Assembly (NCBI GenBank): GCA_024626585.2
Contig: JANKJI020000002.1
Location: forward strand, 262,008,082 to 262,035,597
Direction: 5' to 3'
Source of the DNA: Ginkgo biloba
Taxonomy: Eukaryota > Plantae > Ginkgophyta
Length of the DNA stretch: 27,516 nucleotides
Under the pieces are notes generated by a model. That model was not told the DNA's origin. It did no database searches and saw nothing but the letters and a program-made list of their open reading frames with translations. The position numbers and the translations under genes were made by a program. How positions within the stretch are numbered: the first letter of the stretch is position 1; each line of letters starts with the position of its first letter. Below, piece after piece: positions 11,601 through 23,281 of this stretch.

Positions 11601-11899
11601 CACCCAGCATTGTGGGCGCCGGATGCTCCTGCATCAAAAAGTTTGTTCTACACCCTAACTACACATCAACAATTAGACCTATACCATTATTGTGCATTAG
11701 CATTTGGTTCTACACTAGTACTACGCATTAATTCAATAGGTGGGGCACTACATTCTAGAAGGAGGAATTGACATGTTTTTACTTGAAGTATTGTTTAGTA
11801 TCTTTAGATTCTCCAGATCAACGGATTAAGTACCATATCTATAAGTATTGAATTTAACCTTACTTTTCTACACTGTTACTACGTGTATTGTCATTATGC

Positions 11900-12854
11900 A
11901 CTAAAAGAATGAGTCTAAAATCTAATTTTTAATTTTGTGTGCATAAATATGTGTCTATTTTCCCTAGAATTATAGATTTAGACTCCTTGCAGTATGGCAC
12001 ACTTAGTTAAAGGGTTATTTTGCATCATTTATGGTGGTTTAAGGATATGTATAGACATTAGGGTTTGATAAGTTTATTCTTTTCCTCAGTTGTTAGGTCT
12101 CAAACCCTAGTGCTTGATTCTTATGGTGGCTTGTCTTAACAAGGAAACCACTGAAAGGATTATTAGGCATAGGTCTAGCCATGCCTATGCATTGGATGCA
12201 CTATGTTTGTTTTGGACCGTACAAGCCATATCCCATAGTGAGCATTTTGTGACTTGGAGTCATAGGGATAGTGATAATGAGAGTACAAGTAGCACCTTGA
12301 GAATCGTTAAGAGATGTTTTGGTGCTATGAGGTGTGCTAGCACTCATAGTGAGTCACACTTTTCGTACTAACTTGCATTAGTATATGTTTTTGTGCACAT
12401 GTGGTTATTTTATCATACTAATGTATGCAGTCAATATCTTGTATGCATATTACTATCATTGGGGTTGGTATCTCATTTAGAGATAACCCTAGTGCTGAAG
12501 AGGGGTTGAAAACAAACCCACACTAGGAACTCTTATTAGCTACAAGGGGAGGAATCAAGCAAGGAGGTTGCTTGTTGCTAACAGTTAGCATTTATGTGTT
12601 AGAGGTTTGGTTGGTAGCTAAGTAAGCCCCTTTACATGGTCCCTAATGACCAATAGTGGTTGCTAGTTCATGTTGTTAAATGTACCTTTGCCCCTATGGT
12701 TTAGTCTTTTAAGCCTGGTATGTGTTTGTACTTTCAATACTTTATTAGTATACATGAACANNNNNNNNNNTTATGTATTTGTACTTTGATGACTTATGCT
12801 TTTTGCAACATTTAATATTCTTAGCATGTAAGTTTAAGAGGTGGGATTGTTACA
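11900..12854 (+). mobile_element. Decayed 5' LTR, family A copy 2 (5' boundary approximate)
   Basis: Homologous to 1050-1986. Ends aagaggtgggattgTTACA at 12854 and is followed immediately by a PBS-like motif. Confidence 0.8.
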
Positions 12855-12868
12855 GTCCTATCGGAGCC
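12855..12868 (+). promoter_or_regulatory. Degenerate tRNA-iMet primer-binding site
   Basis: gtcctatcggagcc versus the consensus gTGGTATCAGAGCC (3 mismatches), directly after the LTR CA end. Confidence 0.6.
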
Positions 12869-14270
12869 TGGGGGTATATTCAAAATGGAATTTGAAGTCT
12901 TTAAGAAGTTGGAGGCTATGGTAGTTGAGATTTGACAGTTGAAGGAGGATAAAAAACCTCCAAAGAATTCGCTTTAGACCTATGAAAGAAGGAAGTGGTA
13001 GGTCAAGGAATTGACACTAGAAGAAGATGAGAAGCAACAAGAAGAGGAAGAAAATGTTCCTCAAAAGGAAAAGGAACAGTCTAAAGAGTCCAATAAGAGA
13101 GGACCAAGGCATAAGCAATTCAAGAGGGATTAGAAATTTCTACAAAATGTTAAACAATTTATGAATATACAAATTTTGCTTACAAATAAAGGGAACAAAA
13201 GTGGTAGCACCTGAACTTAAAATGGGAAAACTTATCGATGAACATAATCTTTTTCTCGAATTCAATGAATATGACTAGTTGATTGAAGAATCTCACTTGA
13301 AGACTATCAAATTTAACTCTGTTGTATGCTGCATTGTCAATGATACTATGACCTGAAATTATTATCACATTCCCTTTTTAAGAAAAAATGGGACTTGAGA
13401 AGGAAACTATTTGCACTATCACTAGATTTCATATTCTTTTAGTTTGTTGCTTGGCTACTGCTTGACCTAATGAGTTAGACACCTCCTGTGCATAATCTTT
13501 ATCTTTCTCATATTCAATGTAGTCTAGTGTAATAAATCATATGATTTACCTTCTGTCTTATCAATGTTTTGGAACCTTTTTATAGTTGACATGCCATGAT
13601 TAAAATATAAGGTTAAAGTTCTCAGCTTATATCTAAATGGTCTCCAATACTTAAATTAATAGTTATCAAATGGCTTGTGCTTTTTTATTTATATTGTAAG
13701 GAAGCCCTNNNNNNNNNNNNNNNNNNNNNNNNNNNNNNNNNNNNNNNNNNNNNNNNNNNNNNNNNNNNNNNNNNNNNNNNNNNNNNNNNNNNNNNNNNNN
13801 NNNNNNNNTAGGGATAATCCAATCACTTATGCGGAGTATTATGCTTTGTTTGTGATATCAAAGGGAGCTTGTTAGGATTAGACAACCCTTAAGACACACT
13901 TGATATTCTACTATGAAAGTGTTTTACCACTTCTGAAGACAATTCTACATTCTAGCTAGAAAATCTCTCTCTTGCAAGTTGCATTATTTGGGCACTGTCT
14001 ATTTCCTACATAACTAGAGTCACAAGAACTTATTCTAAATTGACTTCCATTGCCTATTTTCATAGTTCTACTGCTTACATTTGTTCTTTGGTTGAGGGCG
14101 ACTTGATTAAAGCATAAGGAGGAACTTTCATAGCATCTAAAGGCCCAATGAACCTCATCTAAGAGTCGTTGCTTTTCTAGAGTGCCAATGACTTGTTTCA
14201 ATGCTAGCAAAGCATCCAAAGTTCTACTACAAGATAATCACTACACTTCTGTGAGCTAATTCTTGACATC
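12869..14270 (+). pseudogene. Heavily decayed Gypsy-like internal region (gag start; possible protease and RT/RNaseH traces)
   Basis: From ATG 12885: MEFEVFKKLEAMVVEI*QLKEDKKPPKNSL*TYERRKW*V, homologous to the ORF behind the minus-strand PBS at 15.6 kb. Weak RT-like KLHYLGTV near 13975. Confidence 0.45.
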
Positions 14271-14859
14271 CTACAACATCAAAGTATTCTAGAAGGTATC
14301 ATTCATCAATTCCTCCAAGTGAGTTGTGATCTTTGTACGTATTTGTTGGGTTGTAGCTCTGTATTTAATTTCTAGAATACAAGGAACAATTTTCTATAGT
14401 TTTAGGACATATTTCTATTTCTATTTAGTACTCTTGATTTATGGGGTTCTAAGCCCAATAAATGGATAGATTAGAACCTTGGAAGTAGGGTTCCCTTAGT
14501 CATAAGGGTTCTTTTATGCATTAGACCACAGTAGTGTCTCTATAATGAATTTTATTTAATGCATGCTTTTTAAAGTTATTTCTAACATTTTTCCTACTTC
14601 TTACTATAGAAACCCCAGTGAATTCGCTTAGGGAAGATAAAGCGCCAAATGAAGACTTTCAATTCTTGTGCCTTGGTCTAAGGAGCCTCCATATGAGCCA
14701 CTATTAGCCCTACATTCATTGCTTGGGAATACTAATAGTGTGCTAAATGCCAAAATTAGCCAAATGGATGTTCATGCTATCTTTTCTACTAGTGGTGGCT
14801 ATTGGTGTAGCTATAGGGTCAATGACCATTGGTGTAGTTATTGTTAGATGGTGGTTGTT

Positions 14860-15344
14860 ACAATCACATACTATGATTTATTAGTGCAACTGTGGTGAAT
14901 TTATTACCGATAGATTTTTTGGGGATTAGGGTTATTGGCGTAGCCCTACGGTTTCAACTGGATACTCACAAAACTATTAGTAAGGGTGGATAACTTCATT
15001 GATTGAGGGGTTACATGATGCCAAAATGGTCTACACCTAGCATCCTTAAGTTGAGGGGTGGAATCTAGTGGATAATTAATAGTTGTTGAGTGTTGACGAT
15101 TGTATTTATGCACCAAAGTTTTGGATGCACACTCCATTGAAGCCCATAAGAAGTCCCCATGGCCAACAGAAGCTCTTTGGATACTTAATTGCAAAACAAC
15201 CTTGGTCTAACCATCCCTATTCTATTAAACTATAAATTGACGCACTAATTGTACTGCAACTATAAACTAATGATTATTAATTTTGCATTGTCATTGCACA
15301 TGAATTTTGTGATTATTTTTACTTTTCAACGTATGACCAAAGGC
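14860..15344 (+). mobile_element. Distant family-A-like LTR fragment ending in a gap
   Basis: gaggggttac...ctacacctagcatcc resembles gaggggttgg...cccacacctagcactc of copy 1. The similarity is weak. Confidence 0.35.
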
Positions 15345-15444
15345 NNNNNNNNNNNNNNNNNNNNNNNNNNNNNNNNNNNNNNNNNNNNNNNNNNNNNNNN
15401 NNNNNNNNNNNNNNNNNNNNNNNNNNNNNNNNNNNNNNNNNNNN

Positions 15445-16500
15445 TCTGAAGAGTTTGCTAGCATATGCTCTTCCAGAGCATTTGTTTTTGGATCTACTAG
15501 GGAGTTTGCATCCACCCTCTTCCTCCAACATTCATAAGTGAGGACTGGCTTCTTAATCTTCTTTTCTTGTTCTTCAGTCATCTTCATCTTCTCTTCCATG
15601 CTAGCTAGCTTATTTAGAATTTTTGATTCGATAGCACTAGCAAGAATTTTCTTCTCCCCCCCCGCTCTTATGCTACTGTAACAGTCCACCCCCCCATACC
15701 TGCACAAAATGCACTCCAACAAGAACAAGTTAAGAATCAGTTCATATAATATGATTATGCATGCAATTTAAGGTACATAGGTAGAACTATTAAACCTAAG
15801 GGATATGACATAGGGATTGAGCATCCATTGTAAGCCTTGAGGATGACCTAAAGACCTTATTGCATTGGTAGCCAAATCTTTGACAACATCCCTATGCACN
15901 NNNNNNNNNNNNNNNNNNNNNNNNNNNNNNNNNNNGACTTCAACCCTTCACCCAACGTCAATAATGGTGCTAGGCCATAGGTATAGTTTCAACCCCTTTT
16001 TGGCACCAAGAGACCTAAATAGACTCCACCCTTGATTAGTAGTATTTATTTATATTAATATTGTACCTATTTGTGGGTATCCTTTCAACCCATGTATATA
16101 TATTCATGGTACTAGTGACTAAGAATTAAATTGGTATCCTTTCAACTTGCTAGTCACTTTGGATATCTATCAATCCATANNNNNNNNNNNNNCTAAGTAG
16201 TATTCTTGCAAACTGAGAGCCATATCATCGATTGGAGATATCTCAAGCCACCACCAGTCCATACATAAGATACCATACCAAATAGTAAAATAATACATCT
16301 TAAATATCTCCTAATGGATTCTCCACTGCTAACCCATACCACCCTACAGTCAAGACATAGGGTTTGGACAATAGTACAGAAAAGCAATCCATTATACAAA
16401 GGAAGGGATTCTTAAATGGAACATCATGCTCATCTATCATATGCAACCATAAATGCATCATAGCATCCATAAAAACCACATAAAGTATGACACCCTAGTG
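15445..16500 (-). mobile_element. Family-A-related element in opposite orientation: LTR ending at 15677, PBS 15664-15676, gag start
   Basis: The minus strand reads ...ggggtggactGTTACA, then gtagcataagagc (PBS-Met-like), then an open frame IESKILNKLASMEEKMKMTEEQEKKIKKPVLTYECWRKRV. The LTR shares ggtgccaaaaaggggttgaaac with copy 2 (agtgctgaagaggggttgaaaac). The far boundary is approximate. Confidence 0.7.
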
Positions 16501-17805
16501 TTAGCATATTGTGCATGTATTAATTATGCCATAACCTGTTTATAGTAATTCATACTAGTGAAAACAATGTTTTTTTTCATGCCAAGGTTTTTTGTGACGG
16601 AGTAAAACCCTAGCTCTAATAGAGTCCTCTGCAACAACTACTTGGAAGAACCCTACAACCGCTTCTAGAGGAGTAATGTTCCATTCTATAGTAACCAGGC
16701 CAAGTTTAAAGAAGGATGCCCTCTTCCTCAAAAGGATTGTGTCACTTTATTTTTTTCGAGGGGCGTGGGGGGGTGGGGGGCAGGTTTCTAGAGGTACCTT
16801 ACACAAGTACAACCAAGAATATGCCCTTAGGGTGATAGCGTCACCTTAGGATGGCAACGCCCTAACTTCTGGAAGCAAATTAGCCTTGGTGAGATGTTAC
16901 CAATTCAGCCACATAAAGAATATTTAGATGCTATTTCTACTTAATGCAGAGTGCCCAGCAAGCTAGAGAATGATAGAAAGCCAAAGCTAGAAAGAAAGCT
17001 CGAGACAAAAAGTTGCCAAGCCCAAACATGACTCTCCTTAAATGAGAAATCTAAACTGTTGTGCACCTCATAGATTAGCTGGACTTGTGCTCGAACCGCC
17101 CTAATCCCAGCCACCAATCAATGAGTCCATTTGCCACATCTCACTTTGTCAATGAAGGCGCCCTTTAGTGGGCTTCCTCCTTACCCCATAACAGTTTCTC
17201 TTTCTTTATTATTATTGGTGCTCCAAGCAGTGCAACTAATAATTGTAGGGGCCACATACTGGCTTCGTTGTTCATTTTATTACTTTTCCCTCTTTTCATG
17301 GTCACTTTCTTGAATTGACTGGCCTGTAACAGTTAGCATTTCTTATTTCAGCTGAGAATAGTGGGACACTAATTACAAACCATAAAAGCAATTCTGCTCT
17401 GTCAATGGGGTCCAATCTACTACCATAATTTATATACTTCCAACAATATCCTATTGTACAATAAGCAGTTCAGTAATCTCTGAAAAAAGAACAACTCAGT
17501 TCTATGATAGACTCGCATATGTGGGCTCAATTTNNNNNNNNNNNNNNNNNNNNNNNNNNNNNNNNNNNNNNNNNNNNNNNNNNNNNNNNNNNNNNNNNNN
17601 NNNNNNNNNNNNNNNNNNNNNNNNNNNNNNNNNNNNNNNNNNNNNNNNNNNNNNNNNNNNNNNNNNNNNNNNNNNNNNNNNNNNNNNNNNNNNNNNNNNN
17701 NNNNNNNNNNNNNNNNNNNNNNNNNNNNNNNNNNNNNNNNNNNNNNNNNNNNNNNNNNNNNNNNNNNNNNNNNNNNNNNNNNNNNNNNNNNNNNNNNNNN
17801 NNNNN

Positions 17806-18091
17806 GCAGGAATAGCATATATGCTGATATCAGGTATACCACGCACAACAGAAGGTTGAAGGTTTTCCTGGTACGCTCTCCAACTAGCTGCAAGATCAAC
17901 TGGAGAAACTCGATCTGCTTTAATATACACACGGTGCTCTAATATTTCATCTCTTTCATGAAGCCTGAACAACGCCGATCCAGTATCTCCGTGAAGAGCC
18001 CCGCCAGTAAGAAGACGGTTTGAACCCTCTTCAATAATACAGGGTACCCCACTGTGCTTGGGCTTCAGCAGAAATTTAAAATCCAAGGTTT
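17806..18091 (-). CDS. F2KP: F2KP/FKFBP internal exon, (E)TLDFKFLLKPKHSGVPCIIEEGSNRLLTGGALHGD...ADRVSPVDLAASWRAYQENLQPSVVRGIPDISIYAIP; 3' end lost in N gap
   Basis: Strong match to plant F2KP ETLDFKFLLKPK...EEGENRLLTGG...ADRVSPIDLATSWRAYRENLQPSTVRGIPDVS. Acceptor ttgcag precedes 18091. The phase-1 join G|AA restores Glu. Confidence 0.95.
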
Positions 18092-18758
18092 CTGCAACAT
18101 ATCCAGGCAGTCATTACTGGCAGAAATGAAGCATGATAGCTATTGTCTTTTCATTTTCATTTTATCTAATTAGGTCCAATATAAATAAATTCCCATGAGA
18201 TTCATATCATAGCAAATGCAGCCAATGCCTCTCTGTATTCTACTAGAGTATTCCAAGAGATATCCATACACTCTGTGCTATTTTTAAAAATTAGAAGTTT
18301 ATTCATATGCCATGCCCAGCTACTATCTCAAAACCATAGCCAGAAAAAACAATTCCCTGCCCAAATCAGCCTTAGGGCCACTTCAACTGGCAATAAAGTT
18401 CTGATAAGTTCAATAATTACTCTATTGATTTACTTGCAGCTTTGCACTGAATTCTGTAAACAATTTTCTAAAGGATAAGTTACTATATTTAACTAACTTC
18501 TTCCAGTTTCCATTTTCCCCTAAAGTATATGGTGAGGTTCTTTAACGCTGTTGAAAGCTACTGAAATATAATATACTAGAAATTGTTTTACTCCAACATT
18601 CCAGTCAGGGTGAAGCAGCCCTTGGAATCAGCTTGCATACAATGTTATATCCCAAGGTTAATTCCAGCTATGGTGGGTTGAGTGACTTATCTGATGCCTT
18701 ATTGATGCCTTATTGCATGTTAAGTTCTACATCAGCATGCTGAATGCAATGCTCTTAC

Positions 18759-18822
18759 CATGATTTGGAGGAACAACAAAACTGATCTCCCACCTAGACG
18801 TTGATTCACGCTCCATAGCTAG
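18759..18822 (-). CDS. F2KP: F2KP/FKFBP internal exon (N-terminal CBM20-like region), LAMERESTSRWEISFVVPPNH(E)
   Basis: Manual translation matches the recalled Arabidopsis F2KP segment LPMQRESALMSELSFVVPPDHE. Acceptor ttatag precedes 18822 and donor G|GTAAG follows 18759. The exon is 64 nt and ends in phase 1, matching the next exon. Confidence 0.92.
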
Positions 18823-20149
18823 CTATAACACAGAAATCAGAGACAGAATCAGCCAACTCTTAATGTAAAGCCTTGGCATAATCATTGCTCTGCGCTTCAA
18901 ATATTGATTAGTGTAATTTAAATACAAACCTGAACCATGTCAAACAAAGAGAGTAATAATATAACCATACAATATACATAGGTAACAACAGTAGCTGTTG
19001 CCGACACTCAATATGCGCAAAGAAGTGAAAGACAAAAGCAAAGCCACCTTTGTATTGGCATGTATGCTGTAATTCGCTGAATTGGCAATGAAGAAATGAA
19101 ACCAAGAAGGCAAGGGTGGTTTATCTCAGGTGGACATGGCAAACCTTTAGTTCTCAAAGGGAAACAAAATAACTAAAACAAAAGACACAGGGGAGATACA
19201 AAACACAGTCTTAAACTCCAGCAGTTAGGGAGACTGAAGGGGTTCTTGAGCATACTGACAGATAACAGATTAGGTATGTGTCATTATGCAGGTAAAAAAA
19301 GCTGATATCAGTTAGAATTATAATGCCAGCTTCGCACAAGGGGAGGAACAGGTGACTTGAAAAGGCGGCATAAGCTAGAAGAACTAGGTCAGTTTGGTAC
19401 AATAGAAGAGAAGGAGAACTAATAAAAAGACTACCATAAGCCAGAAGTATTAGGCTAGTTTAGCACAACCAGAGGAATGGGTAACTACCATCTATAGGTT
19501 TGCAGTCTCACATTTCATTAATATAACTCTGTGTTCAGAAGAAAAACCGAGCCTAGTACTCATCCTGATGACATGGACAACTTACAAGCATTTTAGGATA
19601 GCACATTTATATAGGTGTTCGAAAATATGGATGATCTAAACACTTTGCAAGCATCTGATTCAAACATTTTAGAATAAAATTTAAATAATATAATAAAGAA
19701 TGCATTTCTTTAAAACACATAGATGATTTGACTAATTTGAAAAAATAGCTGAATTATAGTTCTGATGGTCTGAACAACTTGGAAGACTTAAATGGAAGTA
19801 TTTTCAGGATAGATAAAGAAAATCGTATAGTTGTGTGTGTTCTAAAATATAGGTAACATTTATACCTGTCCTAGATATAAGTTATCTAAACAATTCTCAA
19901 GCATATAAATAAATCCTTGTAGGATGAAATTTGAATAATATAAATAAGAACGCATTTNNNNNNNNNNNNNNNNNNNNNNNNNNNNNNNNNNNNNNNNNNN
20001 NNNNNNNNNNNNNNNNNNNNNNNNNNNNNNNNNNNNNNNNNNNNNNNNNNNNNNNNNCACCTATTCCGTTTATTCTGCTATAACTCTAATATTCACATCA
20101 TTTGGAGCAATATTTGTGGTTATTTGTCAACTTTTGACATAACAGTTGG

Positions 20150-20730
20150 GCATTGAGAAGGTGAATTAAAGAGCTCAAAAACAAAAACCAGAGACGTAGA
20201 CATGGTTGTGAAGACCAAGATTCAGAACTGGAAGAGAAGGAAGAAGAAAGAGAAGGATCAGTACTAGGTAATGTGGTGGAGTTGTTGGCTAGAATGATGA
20301 GGAACCAAAAGGGTACCGCAAAGACTAAGGTCCCAAACTTTGGAGGAAGCCCAAAACCAGAGGAACTCATGGATTTAATCGGTGCCATGGAGAGATACTT
20401 TGAGTGGGACGAGATTGAAGACCCCAAAAGAATGAAGTTCGCTTGTATGAAGTTGAAAGGGCATGCAGACATTTGGTGGGAGCACTTGCAAAAGGAGAGA
20501 GTGAAAAGGGAAAAGGAGAAAACTAGAACTTGGAATAAGATGGTGTTGAATTAAGGGAAAATTCCCCCACAGACTATGAGCATTGTTTATTCAAACAATT
20601 TCAGAACCTGAAATAGAGGGAAAAGAGTGTGCAGGGGTACACTGAGGAATTCTACAAGTTGTCTATAAGGAACGAGCATGAGGAAAAGGAGGAGCAATTG
20701 GTAGCCAACTATGTAAACGGGATGAATTTT
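20150..20730 (+). pseudogene. Ty3/gypsy gag (Retrotrans_gag) remnant
   Basis: VPNFGGSPKPEELMDLIGAMERYFEWDEIEDPKRMKFACMKLKGHADIWWEHLQKER...TWNKMV, continuing after frameshifts and stops as PTDYEHCLFKQFQNLK*REKSVQGYTEEFYKLSIR. Confidence 0.92.
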
Positions 20731-23281
20731 GTAATAAAAAAAAGATAAATCTAAATTCCAAAGTTTTTTCTGTGTAGCGTTTGTTGAGCCCTCTTTCTCT
20801 GTGACTAAACAAACTTCTTCACCTGCACACACACCCAGGCTGTGGATAGGCCATACACGCTTCCGGGCTACATTAGCTAAGAAGCATATGTATTTATTAC
20901 CAATATGAAAATTTGGAAATACCCTATAAAAGAAGGAATTCTCAATAACTTACCAAAAAAGAGAAAACACCATATCTTTTGACTAAAGAGTTATAAATAC
21001 TCTTGCATGCCAAATGGGTGCCCTTTTCTCGCCATCGTTAAATGAGGAGGGCCAAGGCCTTGTTGGACATTAGTACAATAGATGCATAAGCCAATGGAAA
21101 AATGAAAAAATTTGAAAGAAAATGATTCAATATGAATAGTAATAACATCAAACAATATAATTCAAACAATTCTACTTTAATTATTTTGCTTTCAAACTTA
21201 ACTGCATGACCTATGCAAACTTAGCATCATGATATTGCACAAGAAGTCCAGTGCGCAATAGATCTTAACATAGATGCCCCACAAAAACCACATTCCCTAC
21301 AAGTAAAATACAACTATGGATAAAATAGAATGTCACTGATTTCATGAGAAATAATGTGTGGGTTTTAGTATGCACCATTTATTCATGTGTGCAACACACC
21401 TATACAAAGTAGAACAACACTTCTCTGTAAAAGGCAATTCTCTAAATGGCATTTCACCTACCGCATGGAATTGNNNNNNNNNNAGATGGTTGTTTGCAAA
21501 TGACTATTGTCTATTTGTAAGTGGAAAAAAATGACTAAGGGACCATCAATCTTTGTCAAGTTCTCATAATTGTGGAAAATAGAAAGCATGAAATTGAAAA
21601 TAAAATAAAATAAATCATTAAATGTTGGGACCATCTTTTTATTCTTTTAGAAAATAGTCGAACAAAAAAAACTACAACATAAATTAAGAGGTTGCCAAGT
21701 TATTTTAAGTTTATGCTGTTGTTCAATAACGTATANNNNNNNNNNNNNNNNNNNNNNNNNNNNNNNNNNNNNNNNNNNNNNNNNNNNNNNNNNNNNNNNN
21801 NNNNNNNNNNNNNNNNNNNNNNNNNNNNNNNNNNNNNNNNNNNNNNNNNNNNNNNNNNNNNNNNNNNNNNNNNNNNNNNNNNNNNNNNNNNNNNNNNNNN
21901 NNNNNNNNNNNNNNNNNNNNNNNNNNNNNNNNNNNNNNNNNNNNNNNNNNNNNNNNNNNNNNNNNNNNNNNNNNNNNNNNNNNNNNNNNNNNNNNNNNNN
22001 NNNNNNNNNNNNNNNNNNNNNNNNNNNNNNNNNNNNNNNNNNNNNNNNNNNNNNNNNNNNNNNNNNNNNNNNNNNNNNNNNNNNNNNNNNNNNNNNNNNN
22101 NNNNNNNNNNNNNNNNNNNNNNNNNNNNNNNNNNNNNNNNNNNNNNNNNNNNNNNNNNNNNNNNNNNNNNNNNNNNNNNNNNNNNNNNNNNNNNNNNNNN
22201 NNNNNNNNNNNNNNNNNNNNNNNNNNNNNNGTAAAGAATAGTCTGGCTAGAGTAGTATAGTCAAGAGAGGCTTCAAGCATACATAGTGAATTTATTTCAG
22301 TTATAGATTGTGCAGCAGATAGTTCATCCCATTCTTCTTGAAAGGAAATGAATTTAACATTAGTTGAATGAAGCAGTGAACAAAAAAGCTCTGATTTTTC
22401 AACTCTACAATGTCAGGAGTAAGTCACCAAAACATTAGGAAGAAGTTAAAAAAGTTCAGGGCAAAAGCACCAAATTTGAGCCACAGAGAATCATCTACTC
22501 ATATTTCAGTAAGGTGATTAATAATAACAGTGGAAACAACAAGAGACCAATGGAAGACTTGAAAACAAACGTTTTGTCCTCTAACAATGAAGATTGAACA
22601 ATCTCCTTTTGAACTAGTCAGAAGATAGACTTATTAAAGTCCACTGTAAGGACTTATTAAATCTGAGCATCATAATTGTAAAATGCATGATGCTTTGAAT
22701 GGTATCTAGCATGTGCAAAGGTTAAGTGTACTTACACACTCTGGTAATGAATCTTTTTTGCTTTAAACACCTTCATTTGAATCTGTCTACTATTAACACG
22801 ATACAACTGTTCTAATAAAAAATAACTTAGCTACAAAGACCACAGTGCAAACATATTTTTACAGGTCAAGTCTTGGGGTCGGATTGGTTATGTGCATCTT
22901 ATTCAATTATCAGAACCACACGAGTTACTTCCATTGTCAAGCTGAGAGCACATGCTGACTGTTGGACTATGTCTTCATTGTTTACCAATTCTGAGTCTCA
23001 TTGATGTGATTTCCATGTTTATGGCATGTTCTACTTTATGCAGGGGAGAGTGCATTTGAATCTGCAAAATGAGAGGCTAGCAAGATATCCAATTTCCTTG
23101 ACAGCCTTGGCTAGAAAAGTCTGTCCATGTTGCTGATCAGTCAACAGTCATTAGGGGGTGGAGTTAAGATTCCAAAGGCTCCAAAAAAATCAAGGAATAG
23201 TCACAAAATTTTCTCCCTCCCTGCTGAGAGAGGACAGCCTTGTAGAAACGATAAATCTCCAAAGAGGCCAAGAGCATATTC

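Larger units (their letters stand above)
10349..11636 (-). mobile_element. Young solo LTR (~1.29 kb including a 100-N gap) with 5-bp target-site duplication AAAAG
   Basis: Termini TGAAGTAG (10349) and CTGCATCA (11636) form imperfect TG...CA inverted ends. AAAAG occurs at 10344-10348 and 11637-11641. Contains the Copia-LTR-like motif tggagaaaccctcatggagaaaaaaactcca. TATA box on the minus strand. CpG-rich against AT-rich flanks. Confidence 0.85.
9995..11752 (+). mobile_element. Older LTR-like fragment split by the solo LTR, ending GGTGGGGCACTACA
   Basis: LTR-type 3' terminus ...ggggcactaCA at 11752. AT-rich sequence on both sides of the TSD. The left boundary is uncertain. Confidence 0.4.

Noticed and set aside
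10205-11771. Several overlapping 70-165 aa ORFs
   Set aside because: By-products of GC-rich repetitive LTR sequence and an N gap, with no recognisable domains.
1050-12854. A single full-length retrotransposon bounded by the two family A LTRs that captured F2KP exons
   Set aside because: The LTRs are strongly diverged, the PBS follows the right-hand copy rather than the left, and the interior is host exons plus unrelated TE fragments.
16760-16780. G-run able to form a G-quadruplex
   Set aside because: An isolated homopolymer-like tract in TE-derived intron sequence with no supporting context.
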